Made by a program: the position numbers and the translations under genes. From NCBI GenBank assembly GCA_963804975.1, contig CAWDSG010000002.1, positions 208,991 to 272,990 on the forward strand: a stretch of DNA of 64,000 nt, in the 5' to 3' direction. The stretch comes from an uncultured bacterium (GTDB lineage Bacteria; Patescibacteriota; Minisyncoccia; Phycocordibacterales; GWA1-40-21). Below, piece by piece: positions 1 to 9,635 of the stretch. Each line of letters opens with the position of its first letter. The stretch's first letter is position 1. The notes below the pieces were generated by a model that had not been told where the DNA came from, searched no databases, and saw only the letters and a list, made by a program, of their open reading frames with translations.

Positions 1-56
1 TAACTATCATTATTGTTTTTATTAGTTCGTTTATTTTATCTATAACAATCGGTGTA

Positions 57-311
57 ATGGGCGGTTCCTCGCCAATACTTTTGCCGTTTCCTGCGTATAA
101 TGCCGGCTGTAATGAACTAAATTCTGTTTGTGATCCACATTTTATTTTTTCTGGCATTATTCTTTCAGTAATTTTTTGGCTTTTATCTTTTTTCTTGTTG
201 TTAAAATCAAAAGGACTAATATTAAAGATCGTTGCAGCCATTCTTTTAATATTTTTTGCAATTATTATGGTTAATTTATGCAGTTTAAAAGGATTTACTC
301 CATTATATTAA
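57..311 (+). CDS. small hydrophobic membrane protein (hypothetical)
   Basis: 84-aa ORF with two long hydrophobic stretches; no recognisable family. Confidence 0.25.
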   Translation: MGGSSPILLPFPAYNAGCNELNSVCDPHFIFSGIILSVIFWLLSFFLLLKSKGLILKIVAAILLIFFAIIMVNLCSLKGFTPLY

Positions 312-312
312 T

Positions 313-846
313 ATGAAAACTTTCAAAAACCTTGGTTATAGAACCCATAAACCAAAAATATACATCGGCACGGACCATGCAGGTTTTAATATGAAAGAAA
401 AGCTTGTTCCGTTCATAAAAAATCTTGGATATGAAGTTGTGGATTGCGGCGCTTACACGCTTGATCCGAAAGATGATGACCCTATTTACATTGCTCCGGT
501 TGCGAGAGCTGTCGCTTCAAATCCTGAACATATAAAAGGAATAATTCTTGGCGGTTCTGGGCAAGGCGAGGCGATTGTGGCAAATAGATTTCCGAATGTC
601 CGGGCGATAGTTTATTATGGCAAACCGGGAATGTTTTCAAAACTTGATGTCATACGGCTTGGCAGGGAGCACAACGACTCAAATGTTCTTTCGCTTGGCG
701 CAAGATTCTTGGGTTTGCGAAGCGCCAAAAAAGCGATAAAAAAATGGCTTGAAACGCCTTTTTCAAATGCAGCCAGACATATTAGAAGAAATAAAGAAAC
801 AGAAACAGTTTCCCGCGATGTGAGAAATAATATGGAATTCAAATAA
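313..846 (+). CDS. rpiB: ribose-5-phosphate isomerase B (RpiB/LacAB family)
   Basis: KIYIGTDHAGFNMKEKL N-terminus and GIILGGSGQGEAIVANR match RpiB hallmark regions. Confidence 0.85.
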   Translation: MKTFKNLGYRTHKPKIYIGTDHAGFNMKEKLVPFIKNLGYEVVDCGAYTLDPKDDDPIYIAPVARAVASNPEHIKGIILGGSGQGEAIVANRFPNVRAIVYYGKPGMFSKLDVIRLGREHNDSNVLSLGARFLGLRSAKKAIKKWLETPFSNAARHIRRNKETETVSRDVRNNMEFK

Positions 847-847
847 A

Positions 848-958
848 GGCTCGCTCGGCAATGCGATTTTGAGGTACGCATAATTTCCTGCTGGAAATTT
901 GCTCGATACTCGCGCCGCCGCGCTCCGTAGCCCTCAAAATCACATCGCCTCGCTCGCT
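848..958. repeat. hairpin-embedded intergenic repeat, copy A (downstream of rpiB)
   Basis: ~25-bp imperfect inverted arms around a 75-nt core (attttgaggtacgcataatttcctgctggaaatttgctcgatactcgcgccgccgcgctccgtagccctcaaaat). Confidence 0.8.
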
Positions 959-995
959 AACGAAAATGCAAAAATTATTGTGGTATAATTAATTT

Positions 996-1715
996 ATGGC
1001 AGAAGTCATCCCAGCAATAATTCCCGAGTCGTTTGAGGATTTGAGAGAAAAAATGTCTCTTGTGAATGAGCTTGTTCCTGTTGTGCAGGTGGATGTTTGC
1101 GATGGCAAATTTGTCCCGTCAAAGTCCTGGCCTTTTGTAAACGATAAGGGCGATTTTGAGCAGCTCATCAGAGAATCCGAGGGTTTTCCTTTTTGGGAGA
1201 CATTGGATTTTGAAGCGGATTTGATGGTGGCGAATCCTGAAGACGGCATGGCGGAAGATTGGATAAAAGCCGGTGCCAAAAGAATAATTCTGCACGAAGA
1301 ATCATCCGATAAAATCTTGAAATTCGTAAAAAAACTGAGAAAAGAATACGGATATTTCGGCGATTCGGCGATAACGATGGAAATAGGAATCGGAATAAAT
1401 GTTGATACTCCAGATGAAGTTCTTGACGTATATTTGAAAACGGACGAGCTCGGCAGGTCGCTTGCGGATTTTGTGCAATTTATGGGAATCGACAAGATTG
1501 GCTATCAGGGGCAAAGTTTTGATGAAAGAGATTTTGAAAAAATAAGAAATTTGAGGGAAAAATATCCTGAAGCGATTATTTCTGTGGATGGCGGGGTAAA
1601 TCTTGAAAATGCGCCAGATTTGGTAGAAGCCGGAGTAAATCGTCTTGTTTCCGGCTCGGCAATTTATGAAAGCGAGAATATTGAAGAGGCGATAGAGGAG
1701 ATGAAAAATATATAA
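996..1715 (+). CDS. rpe: ribulose-phosphate 3-epimerase-like TIM-barrel protein
   Basis: VQVDVCDGKFVP resembles the Rpe HxDVMDGxFVP metal-binding motif; TATAAT ends about 5 nt before the ATG. Confidence 0.6.
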   Translation: MAEVIPAIIPESFEDLREKMSLVNELVPVVQVDVCDGKFVPSKSWPFVNDKGDFEQLIRESEGFPFWETLDFEADLMVANPEDGMAEDWIKAGAKRIILHEESSDKILKFVKKLRKEYGYFGDSAITMEIGIGINVDTPDEVLDVYLKTDELGRSLADFVQFMGIDKIGYQGQSFDERDFEKIRNLREKYPEAIISVDGGVNLENAPDLVEAGVNRLVSGSAIYESENIEEAIEEMKNI

Positions 1716-1724
1716 AATAAAAAA

Positions 1725-2165
1725 ATGAAAATATACGTTTTGGGAAGCAATAGTTTCGTTAATAAAATGGTTAATTGCAGAGACGAACTTTGCCGTTTGG
1801 GTTATGACGGATGTATTCATCCGGATTATGAAGATCATGTTAAGGGTAAAAAGAGAGCTTTTATTGAAAATTCCTTGCCTGGCGAAAGCGCTGATTTCAA
1901 ACGCGAGCATGATTATATAAGAAGCCATTACAAACATATATTGGAAAGCGACGCTGTTATTATAGTGAATCTGGAAAAGAAAGGCACTAAAAATTATATA
2001 GGTGGAAATTGTTTAATGGAAATGGGAATGGCTTACGTGAATAATAAAAAAATATTTCTTTTGAACGATATACCGGCAGACAGCACATATTTGGATGAAA
2101 TAAAAGCTATGGACCCGATTTGCCTGTATGGAGATCTGAGAAATATAAGCAAATATAAAAATTAA
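1725..2165 (+). CDS. nucleoside 2-deoxyribosyltransferase-like protein
   Basis: 146 aa; flavodoxin-like pattern 'IYVLGS ... GGNCLMEMGMAY' resembles the Nuc_deoxyrib_tr / YtoQ family. Confidence 0.4.
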   Translation: MKIYVLGSNSFVNKMVNCRDELCRLGYDGCIHPDYEDHVKGKKRAFIENSLPGESADFKREHDYIRSHYKHILESDAVIIVNLEKKGTKNYIGGNCLMEMGMAYVNNKKIFLLNDIPADSTYLDEIKAMDPICLYGDLRNISKYKN

Positions 2166-2168
2166 AAA

Positions 2169-2636
2169 ATGGCAAAAATATGCGATCATACAAGCGTCGG
2201 AATGTTTGTCTGGAAAGGAGATAAATTATTATTGATTGAAAGAAAGAAATTTCCTCCGGGGTTTGCCGTTCCAGCAGGCCATGTCGATGAAGATAAAAAT
2301 TTTGAACAAGCGGCAAAGCGCGAATTAAAAGAAGAAGTCGGTCTTGATGCAACAGAGCTGAAATTAATTGCTGAAGGAAGAAAGGAAAATAAATGTCGGC
2401 GTGAGGGCGGCAGTTGGCATTATTGGAAACTTTACAAAAGCGAGACAATAGGCGATATAAAAGGAAATACGGATGAGACAAAACAGGCAGAATGGTATAC
2501 GAAAGAACAAATCAGGAAATTAGCCGAAAAAACCGAGAAATACAGCAAAAAAGAAATTTCTGAGGAAGAATGGACTGAAAATCCAGGGCTTGAACCGGTA
2601 ATGTATGAATGGTTTAAAAAATTAGGTATAATTTAA
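2169..2636 (+). CDS. NUDIX hydrolase
   Basis: Canonical Nudix box AGHVDEDKNFEQAAKRELKEEVGL (Gx5Ex7REUxEExGU). Confidence 0.85.
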   Translation: MAKICDHTSVGMFVWKGDKLLLIERKKFPPGFAVPAGHVDEDKNFEQAAKRELKEEVGLDATELKLIAEGRKENKCRREGGSWHYWKLYKSETIGDIKGNTDETKQAEWYTKEQIRKLAEKTEKYSKKEISEEEWTENPGLEPVMYEWFKKLGII

Positions 2637-2638
2637 AT

Positions 2639-3508
2639 ATGAAAACTCTAAGACAATACATAAAAGAAGCGCAAGATAAAGGGATGGCAGTCGGGCATTT
2701 TAATATTTCAAACCTGGAGATGCTTCACGGCATTTTCAATGCGGCGAAAAAACTGAATCTGCCGGTCATTATCGGCACAGCGGAAGGCGAAAGGGAATTT
2801 ATCGGTGCAAAACAAGCTGTGGCGCTCGTGAAGAGTTTGCGGGAAGAATACAACTATCCGATATACCTAAATGGCGACCATACGCATTCGTTTGAAAGTT
2901 TCAAAAAATGCGTAGATGCCGGATATGATTCAGTCATTATTGACGGTTCTGCTATGCCGTTTGAAGAAAATATAAAAATGACGAAGCAATGCGTGGAATA
3001 CGCCCGAAAAGTCAATCCTGAAATCATCGTGGAAGGCGAAATAGGCTTTATCGGCACGTCGTCAAAAGTATTGGATAAATTGCCGGAAGGAGTGAAAATC
3101 ACCGAAGAATTTTTGACCAAGCCGGAAGAAGCAAAAAGATTTATAAAAGAAACCGGCGTTGATATGCTTGCTCCTGCCGTCGGAAATATCCATGGAATGC
3201 TTGCAAACGGCAAAGAACCGGCGCTTAATATCAAAGTTGTGGGCAATTTGCGAAAAGCAATCGGACAGACCCCGATGGTGCTTCACGGCGCTTCCGGAAA
3301 TACGAAAAAAGATATCCAGGCAGCTATAAAAGCGGGAATGAATATTGTCCATATCTCGACTGAAATCCGCGTGGCTTTCAGGAAAACTCTTGAAGATGAA
3401 TTGAAATCAAAACCGGATGAAGTCGCGCCTTATAAATATATGGACAATGATATCGTCGCAGTGGAAAAGCTCGTGGAAGAAAAAATGAAAATTTTTAATT
3501 TTATGTAA
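2639..3508 (+). CDS. fba: class II fructose-bisphosphate aldolase
   Basis: N-terminus 'AVGHFNISNLEMLHGIFNAA', 'YLNGDHTHSFE' and 'VLHGASG' are class II FBA / tagatose-bisphosphate aldolase signatures. Confidence 0.85.
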   Translation: MKTLRQYIKEAQDKGMAVGHFNISNLEMLHGIFNAAKKLNLPVIIGTAEGEREFIGAKQAVALVKSLREEYNYPIYLNGDHTHSFESFKKCVDAGYDSVIIDGSAMPFEENIKMTKQCVEYARKVNPEIIVEGEIGFIGTSSKVLDKLPEGVKITEEFLTKPEEAKRFIKETGVDMLAPAVGNIHGMLANGKEPALNIKVVGNLRKAIGQTPMVLHGASGNTKKDIQAAIKAGMNIVHISTEIRVAFRKTLEDELKSKPDEVAPYKYMDNDIVAVEKLVEEKMKIFNFM

Positions 3509-3533
3509 AGATTTATTTCTGAATAAAATAAAA

Positions 3534-3568
3534 ATGCTGAGTCGAGAAGCAACTCAGCATTTCGTTTT
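3534..3568. terminator. bidirectional hairpin terminator between fba and the minus-strand membrane gene
   Basis: atgctgagt-cgagaagca-actcagcat followed by a T-rich run. Confidence 0.7.
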
Positions 3569-3575
3569 GGTAACT

Positions 3576-3935
3576 CTAATCTGACATGAATATATCAAGA
3601 CCAGTTTTGTCAGATTTGTTTTTATAGCGGTAGTGATCTATAAGAAGCAATATTATGACTAAAACCAGAAGTAGCCAAATAATAGATATTCCGCAAAAGA
3701 AAGCAGCATTTCCTTGATTTTTGTTAAAATAACTATAGGAGGACCAGAACAAAAAAACAAGAAAAAAATAAATATGAAGAAAAAGTTTTATCCACGCATA
3801 TTTCATACTTTTACTGTATATTCCTTTTGATGGCATCGGAATAAAAAAATTTATCGTAACCAGAATGATGACAGAGAGAGTTATAGTCTGACTTTCTGCA
3901 ATCCATTTTGCGAGTACGAGCATTTTTTCCTCCAA
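3576..3935 (-). CDS. membrane protein (hypothetical)
   Basis: 119 aa, three hydrophobic segments; convergent with fba; shares the terminator hairpin at ~3534-3560. Confidence 0.35.
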   Translation of the reverse strand: MEEKMLVLAKWIAESQTITLSVIILVTINFFIPMPSKGIYSKSMKYAWIKLFLHIYFFLVFLFWSSYSYFNKNQGNAAFFCGISIIWLLLVLVIILLLIDHYRYKNKSDKTGLDIFMSD

Positions 3936-4026
3936 AGAACTAAAATAACGACTTTCTAGATATTATTATAAAAATAGAAATAAGTCAAATTGATTTCTTA
4001 TTGTTTTTATGTATAATAGCAAACCT

Positions 4027-4764
4027 ATGCTTACATTGAATGTAGAAAAAAGAAATCCTAAATCAAGCTTGGGAGAGATCAGAAAAGCGGGCAAAATGCC
4101 GGCGGTTTTTTACGGCAAGAAAGAGAAATCAACTCCTATTTCATTGCCTTTTGCTGCTTTTGAAAAAACACTTGAAGAAGCCGGGGAATCCACAATCCTT
4201 CATCTCAAAGGAGAAGGAATTGATGTTGATGTTCTTATAAACGATGTTGATCTTGATCCGGTTACTGACAAGCCAAGGCATGCGGACTTTTATGCCATTG
4301 AAAAAGACAAGAAATTGGAAGTTAAAATTCCTCTTGAATTTATCGGCGTCGCTCCAGCAGTAAAAGATCTTGGCGGAGTTTTGGTCAAAGTCATGCACGA
4401 AATTGAAATTGAAGCTTTGCCTAAAGATTTACCGCGTTCACTTCTCGTTGATATTTCTACGCTTGCCACTTTTGAAAATGTTGTCAAAGCGGGAGATATA
4501 AAATTGCCGGCTGGCGTCAGTTTGAAAATAAAACCCGAGGATATCGTCGCTTCCGTTTATGAACCTAAAGAAGAAGTCGTGGAAGCTGTTCCGGTTGACC
4601 TTTCGGCTATAGAAGTTGAAAAGAAAGGCAAGGAAGCCAAGGAAGGCGAGGCTGGCGCAGAAACCGCAGCAGCAGGAGAACCGGTCAAAAAAGAGGCAAC
4701 AAAAGAAGCTCCCAAGAAAGAAGAGCCTGTCCGGTCAGGGAAAAAAGAGGAAAAAAAGAAATAA
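4027..4764 (+). CDS. rplY: 50S ribosomal protein L25 / general stress protein Ctc with a long K/E-rich C-terminal tail
   Basis: MLTLNVEKR... and 'AVFYGKK' match L25. The track ORF starts at 4009, but that ATG lies inside the -10 box (TATAAT 4012-4017), so the second ATG (4027) is preferred. The tail contains a 15-nt palindromic element. Confidence 0.8.
   Translation: MLTLNVEKRNPKSSLGEIRKAGKMPAVFYGKKEKSTPISLPFAAFEKTLEEAGESTILHLKGEGIDVDVLINDVDLDPVTDKPRHADFYAIEKDKKLEVKIPLEFIGVAPAVKDLGGVLVKVMHEIEIEALPKDLPRSLLVDISTLATFENVVKAGDIKLPAGVSLKIKPEDIVASVYEPKEEVVEAVPVDLSAIEVEKKGKEAKEGEAGAETAAAGEPVKKEATKEAPKKEEPVRSGKKEEKKK
4726..4740 (+). repeat. 15-nt palindromic variant cctgtccggtcaggg (PVRSGK) in the rplY tail
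   Basis: Matches 37157-37171 at 14 of 15 positions. Confidence 0.6.
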
Positions 4765-4779
4765 CTCGCGAAAGACAGA

Positions 4780-4855
4780 ATTTTCAGAGCACGGATATTT
4801 TTTTGCTAAAAAATTCCTCGTGCTCGCGCCGACGCGCTCGCAAGTCTCTGAAAAT
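4780..4855. repeat. hairpin-embedded intergenic repeat, copy C (downstream of rplY)
   Basis: 10-bp arms attttcagag/ctctgaaaat; the core ...tttgctaaaaaattcctcgtgctcgcgccgacgcgctcgcaag shares ctcgcgccgacgcgctc with copies A and B. Confidence 0.7.
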
Positions 4856-4873
4856 CCTATCTTTCACTCGTTT

Positions 4874-6235
4874 ATGTATATATCTAAAAAAACAATAATT
4901 ATTTTTTCTGCGGTTTTTTTCTTGTTTTCAACGCGTGCTTTTGGGCAGGCATCTGCCAATCCTACAAACCTATCCGGCACTTATCAGGCGGCGCTTCAAG
5001 CAGAGTACAACCAGATAGAATCGGAAATAAAACAGCAGGAAAACATCCTTCAGGATCAACAGTCAAAATCCGATTCGCTTTCAAAAGAAATAGCCACGTT
5101 TGATGCGACAATCAAAGAGTATCAGCTTGAGATCAAGGAAAGGAATATTTCCATACAGGAATTGACAGACCAGATAAACCAGAAGCAAAGCACAATCAAT
5201 GATTTGTCCAGCCAATTTGATGCCGAGAACCAATCACTATCGGCAATTTTGAGAAAAACAAACGAACAGGATTCAAGCACTCTTGCGGAATTTGTCCTTT
5301 CCGGAGAAGATTTGGCTAAATTTTTCAGCGATATCAGCGATTTCAAATCAATAAAATCTGCATTGCAGGATTCTTTCAGCCAGATTACCGACACTAAAGC
5401 GAAAACAGCCGACGAAAAAACGGCGCTTGAAAACCAGAAAGACGACGAAACTTCTCTGCTGAACCTGCAAAAACTCCAGCAGCAAAGAATTCAGGAAGAA
5501 AAAAACCAGGAAAATCAAATTCTGAAAGCATCAAAAGGACTCGAAGCGAATTATGAAGAAATTCTCAAGGAAAAAGCCATGACTGCAACCGAAATACGCA
5601 ATCAGCTTTTCTCGCTTCAAGGTTCAACGGCAATACCTTTTGATAAAGCGGTAGAGTATGCGACTTTTGTCGGGCAAAAAATCGGCATTCGTCCGGCATT
5701 TCTTCTCGGAGTGATTTCGGAAGAATCAAATCTAGGTGAAAATGTCGGCAAAGGCAATTGGCTTATTGATATGAAAGCACCGAGAGATACCGAACCGTTT
5801 TTGGCTATCACGAAAAATCTGGGACTTGATCCCGATCAGCAGCAGGTTTCGAAAAAGGCGTGGTACGGATACGGCGGAGCAATGGGTCCTGCGCAGATTA
5901 TTCCGTCCACATGGGTGATTTACGGTGGATACAGCAAGGATTCAAACGGAGATTGGGTTTATAACGCATCGGATGACCAGATACGGCAGGCGCTCGGTGA
6001 AAATCATTCCTCAAATCCTTGGGACCCGACAGATGCATTCACTGCTTCAGCGATTATTTTGGAAGATGGAGGGGCTGGTCTTCAGACTCCAAAAACAGAA
6101 CGGCTTGCCGCTTTACGCTACTTTGCCGGACGGGCAAATGCAAAAAAAAGAGCATATGCTTTTTATGGCGACGATGTAATGGCGCTTGCGGCGAAATATC
6201 AGGAACAAATCAATATCATTTTGGCAGTAAAATAA
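4874..6235 (+). CDS. secreted coiled-coil protein with C-terminal lytic-transglycosylase-like (SLT) domain
   Basis: Signal peptide (MYISKKTIIIFSAVFFLFSTRAFG), ~250-aa coiled coil, then 'AFLLGVISEESNLG' resembling the SLT catalytic Glu-Ser motif. The track ORF (4616) begins with 86 aa that overlap rplY out of frame and is trimmed. Confidence 0.5.
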   Translation: MYISKKTIIIFSAVFFLFSTRAFGQASANPTNLSGTYQAALQAEYNQIESEIKQQENILQDQQSKSDSLSKEIATFDATIKEYQLEIKERNISIQELTDQINQKQSTINDLSSQFDAENQSLSAILRKTNEQDSSTLAEFVLSGEDLAKFFSDISDFKSIKSALQDSFSQITDTKAKTADEKTALENQKDDETSLLNLQKLQQQRIQEEKNQENQILKASKGLEANYEEILKEKAMTATEIRNQLFSLQGSTAIPFDKAVEYATFVGQKIGIRPAFLLGVISEESNLGENVGKGNWLIDMKAPRDTEPFLAITKNLGLDPDQQQVSKKAWYGYGGAMGPAQIIPSTWVIYGGYSKDSNGDWVYNASDDQIRQALGENHSSNPWDPTDAFTASAIILEDGGAGLQTPKTERLAALRYFAGRANAKKRAYAFYGDDVMALAAKYQEQINIILAVK

Positions 6236-6278
6236 ACAATCTTGCTTTTTCGGCCATTTTTTGCTATTGTTTCTTTCT

Positions 6279-6506
6279 ATGAAAAAAGATATACATCCGA
6301 AGTATTTTAATAAGGCAAAAACGACCTGCGCATGCGGAGCTGCTTATGATTTTGGCTCAACAAAAGATGCAATACACGTGGAAATCTGTGCAAATTGCCA
6401 TCCGGTCTATACCGGCAACGAAAAGGTTCTGGATACTGCGGGAAGAGTTGAAAAGTTCAAAGCAAGAAAAGAAGCGGGAATTAAAAAGGCGAAAAAATCA
6501 AAATAA
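6279..6506 (+). CDS. rpmE: 50S ribosomal protein L31
   Basis: MKKDIHPKY ... CxC ... CANCHPVYTG: L31 with its zinc-ribbon cysteines. Confidence 0.85.
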   Translation: MKKDIHPKYFNKAKTTCACGAAYDFGSTKDAIHVEICANCHPVYTGNEKVLDTAGRVEKFKARKEAGIKKAKKSK

Positions 6507-6514
6507 CAATTTAC

Positions 6515-6611
6515 AAGACCATTCAATTTTGAGGTACGCATAATTTCCTGCTGGAAATTTGCTCGATACTCGCGCCGACGCGCTCCGTAGCCCTCAAAAT
6601 TGAATGGTCTT
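6515..6611. repeat. hairpin-embedded intergenic repeat, copy B (between rpmE and prfA)
   Basis: Perfect 20-bp arms (aagaccattcaattttgagg / cctcaaaattgaatggtctt) around the same 75-nt core as copy A, with 1 mismatch. Confidence 0.85.
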
Positions 6612-6633
6612 GTTTATTTTCAAAAACAATCAT

Positions 6634-7641
6634 ATGCAAGAATTATTAGAAGAATTCAGAAAAAATAAAAAGACGTCATATCTTGCCGAAGAATATTCCC
6701 GGCTTGAGAACGAGGAAGAGTCAATAAAAAAAATGGCTGAAAAAGATCAGGCGATGTTTTCCCTTGCCGAAGAAGAAATAAAAAGCATTTCATCGCAGAA
6801 AGAAAATCTTTTGAAGCAGATGAAAAATATTTTGGCTGGAGGCGAGGAAGAAGAAAAATTTCCGAATGAAGCTGTTATGGAAATTCGCGCCGGAGTTGGC
6901 GGGGAAGAAGCGGCGATTTTTGCCGAGGATTTGGCGAAAATGTACAAAAGATTCTGCGAGCTCAAAGGATGGTCATTTTCAAATGTTTACGAATCAAAAT
7001 CTGCTCTCGGCGGCTACAAGGAAGCGTCATTTGAAATAAAAGGAAAAGAAGTTTACAAAGAATTGAGATTTGAAACCGGAGTTCATAGAGTGCAAAGAGT
7101 TCCAGAGACGGAAAAATCGGGCAGAGTCCATACTTCCACAGCTTCGGTTGCCATATTGCCGATAAGAAAAAAATCAAAAATAGAAATCAAACCCTCGGAT
7201 ATTCAAGTGGAATTTTCACGTTCGGGAGGCGCTGGCGGGCAAAACGTAAACAAAGTTGAGACGGCTGTGAGGATTATTCACATACCTACTGGAATAGACG
7301 TTCGCTCTACCGCCGAAAGAAGCCAATTGAAAAATAAGGAAAAGGCGATGTCTATTTTAAAATCAAAGCTTGAAATGAAACAGGAAGAGGAACATGCCAA
7401 AAAATTTGCTGGCGAGAGAAAAGAGCAGATCGGCACTGCGGACAGGTCCGAAAAAATAAGAACCTACAATGTTTTGCAGGACAGAGTTACGGATCATCGG
7501 GTAAAGCATTCCTGGTACAATATTGAAAATATTTTGGCTGGCGATGGCCTGATTCCGGTTGTTGAATACATCGTAAAAGCGGAGGGAAAACCCCAGGCAG
7601 GTGATTCTGATGAAGATGAAAAAATAATAAAATTACCTTGA
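6634..7641 (+). CDS. prfA: peptide chain release factor 1
   Basis: GGQ motif ([24 protein letters not shown]) and 'RVQRVPETE' (PxT-type tripeptide region). The track start at 6604 lies inside the hairpin of repeat element B, so 6634 is preferred. Confidence 0.8.
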   Translation: MQELLEEFRKNKKTSYLAEEYSRLENEEESIKKMAEKDQAMFSLAEEEIKSISSQKENLLKQMKNILAGGEEEEKFPNEAVMEIRAGVGGEEAAIFAEDLAKMYKRFCELKGWSFSNVYESKSALGGYKEASFEIKGKEVYKELRFETGVHRVQRVPETEKSGRVHTSTASVAILPIRKKSKIEIKPSDIQVEFSRSGGAGGQNVNKVETAVRIIHIPTGIDVRSTAERSQLKNKEKAMSILKSKLEMKQEEEHAKKFAGERKEQIGTADRSEKIRTYNVLQDRVTDHRVKHSWYNIENILAGDGLIPVVEYIVKAEGKPQAGDSDEDEKIIKLP

Positions 7642-7674
7642 TATTTTTAGATATTTTGCTATACTCAAAAACTC

Positions 7675-8385
7675 ATGGCAACCGAAAACAAAACCAAAAA
7701 TAACGAAATTATAGATGCGATGTTCAAAGCAGGTGCTCATTTTGGCTATCAGAAATCCAGAAGAAACGCCTCAATTGCGCCATATATTTTCGGAGCCAAA
7801 AACAAAGTTGAAATAATAGACCTTGAAAAGACGGCTGAACAACTCCAAAAAGCCGAAGATTTCGTCTCAAGTATTGCAAAAATGGGAAAGCAGATCCTTT
7901 TTGTCGGCGGCAAGAATGAAGCAAAAGAATTTATAAAACTTGGTGCGATGTCCACAGACATGCCTTATGTTGCCGGAAGATGGATCGGCGGAGCTCTCAC
8001 GAATGCGCCGGAAATCAAAAAAAGAATCGCAAAATTCGAGGATTTGCAGAAACAGAAAGAAAAAGGCGAACTTGCAAAATATACGAAAAAAGAGCGTCTG
8101 CTTATAGACAGGGAAATTGCCGGCCTTGAAGATATGTTTCTCGGAATCGTCGGAATGAAAGAGCTTCCGAAAGCGGTTTTTGTCATAGATCCTAAAAAAG
8201 AATTCATTGCTGTTGCCGAAGCGAAAAAAATGGGCATACCGGTCATAGCTGTTTTGAATACCGATTGCGATATCAAGGATGTTGATTATCCGATTGTCGC
8301 AAACGATGCCTCCACCGCAAGCATTTTATTTTTTGTTTCCGAAATAGTAAAGGCCTGCAAAGCGGGCAAGGCGGCAAAAGCGTAG
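7675..8385 (+). CDS. rpsB: 30S ribosomal protein S2
   Basis: FKAGAHFGYQKSRRN and 'ILFVGGKNEAKE', 'VFVIDPKKEFIAVAEAKKMGIPVIAV' are S2 hallmarks. Confidence 0.9.
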   Translation: MATENKTKNNEIIDAMFKAGAHFGYQKSRRNASIAPYIFGAKNKVEIIDLEKTAEQLQKAEDFVSSIAKMGKQILFVGGKNEAKEFIKLGAMSTDMPYVAGRWIGGALTNAPEIKKRIAKFEDLQKQKEKGELAKYTKKERLLIDREIAGLEDMFLGIVGMKELPKAVFVIDPKKEFIAVAEAKKMGIPVIAVLNTDCDIKDVDYPIVANDASTASILFFVSEIVKACKAGKAAKA

Positions 8386-8504
8386 AGAAAAAAATTTACT
8401 TGTCCCGTACTAAATTCAGTGCGGAACTGGTATAATTACGTTTGGTAAAGATAAAAAATTCAAAAAATAAAGTCGATTTACAAAATTTAAAATTTAGTAT
8501 TGGG

Positions 8505-9113
8505 ATGGCTATATCAATGGATAAAATCAAAGAATTGCGAGAAAAAACCGGCATTTCCATAATGCAGTGCAGAAAAGCGCTTGAAGATGCCAAAGGGGAT
8601 ATGGATAAAGCCATTGTGCTTTTGCAGAAAAAAGGCGCCGAGGTGGCCGCCAAAAAAGCCGAGAGAACTTTGAAATCCGGAAGAATTGTTTCTTACATCC
8701 ACGGAGGAGGCACCGTAGGCGTACTTCTCGAGCTCTGGAGCGAATCGGATTTTGTTTCCAAGCACGAGGATTTCCAGAAGCTTGCTTATGATATTGCCAT
8801 GCAGATTGCTGCGACAGATCCTAAATATATAAAAAAAGAAGACGTCTCTTTGGAAGAAAGGAATAAAGTGACCGATGCATTTTTGGACGAAGTCAAAGGC
8901 AAGCCGGAAAATATCAGGGGAAAAATCCTTTCAGGGAAGCTCGACGCGTTTTTCAAGGAAAAAATATTGCTTGAACAGGATTTCATAAAAGATCCGAGTA
9001 TTACGGTAAATACCTTGATTCAGAATGCCATCCAGAAATTCGGAGAAAAAATAGAAGTGGGGAGATTTGTCCGGTTCAGTGCGATGAAAAGCGAAATAAA
9101 CGTATGTCAATAA
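8505..9113 (+). CDS. tsf: elongation factor Ts (short form)
   Basis: 'IKELREKTGISIMQCRKALEDAKGDMDKAI' is the EF-Ts UBA-like N-domain; downstream of rpsB as usual; start chosen at an internal ATG. Confidence 0.8.
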   Translation: MAISMDKIKELREKTGISIMQCRKALEDAKGDMDKAIVLLQKKGAEVAAKKAERTLKSGRIVSYIHGGGTVGVLLELWSESDFVSKHEDFQKLAYDIAMQIAATDPKYIKKEDVSLEERNKVTDAFLDEVKGKPENIRGKILSGKLDAFFKEKILLEQDFIKDPSITVNTLIQNAIQKFGEKIEVGRFVRFSAMKSEINVCQ

Positions 9114-9481
9114 TTTTATTTTACATAGCTTTGGTTCTTCTTATCGGCATAATTACAATAAAATATTTCGGCATGCCGATTTTCGGCAATACCGCGCTTT
9201 CCGATATGGTGTCCGAGCATGAGCATAAAATCCATAAAATCGCCAAAGGTGGGAAAAATTTTGCCTCAAAAATCAAATACAAAAACTTTCACAAACTTGT
9301 TGTCATGGTTGCGGATTTTTTAAAAAAAGAATCAATCGCCTTGAAAAGGAGATTTGACAGCCAGCAGCCGAAATTTTTCCTGCAAGTGGAAAAGCCGAGC
9401 GAGAAGCATAAGAATTCGGTGTCTTTCTTCCTGCGAAGCGTGTCGGAACACAAAAAATCTTTGAAAAAAAAAGATTTGTAA
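9104..9481 (+). CDS. membrane-anchored hypothetical protein
   Basis: N-terminal TM helix (ILFYIALVLLIGIITI), basic C-terminus; overlaps the tsf stop by 10 nt. Confidence 0.3.
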   Translation: MSIILFYIALVLLIGIITIKYFGMPIFGNTALSDMVSEHEHKIHKIAKGGKNFASKIKYKNFHKLVVMVADFLKKESIALKRRFDSQQPKFFLQVEKPSEKHKNSVSFFLRSVSEHKKSLKKKDL

Positions 9482-9513
9482 TTTCTATTTTTTTCTGTTA
9501 AATTATCTCTTAA

Positions 9514-9586
9514 GCCACCTTAGCTCAGTTGGTAGAGCAATTGTTTTGTAAACAATAGGTCCCCGGTTCAAGCCCGGGAGGTGGCT
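9514..9586 (+). tRNA. tRNA-Thr (anticodon TGT)
   Basis: Cloverleaf folded by hand: acceptor GCCACCT/AGGTGGC, D-stem GCTC/GAGC, anticodon stem ATTGT/ACAAT, loop TTTGTAA, T-arm CCCGG-TTCAAGC-CCGGG; no encoded CCA. Confidence 0.85.
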
Positions 9587-9635
9587 CAAGTAAAAACATC
9601 TTTGATTTTTGGCCTATTTTCGCTATAATTGGCAA

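Noticed and set aside
4616-4873. N-terminal 86 aa of the track ORF 4616-6235 (highly basic MKRKARKPRK...), overlapping the rplY 3' end
   Set aside because: It is an out-of-frame overlap with the L25 lysine-codon-rich tail (AAG/AAA runs read in another frame). The real protein begins at the ATG at 4874 with a clear signal peptide, and repeat element C lies between the two genes.
6346-6543. 65-aa ORF overlapping rpmE in another frame
   Set aside because: It is a frame shadow of rpmE that extends into repeat element B. The L31 frame has the conserved zinc-ribbon motifs.
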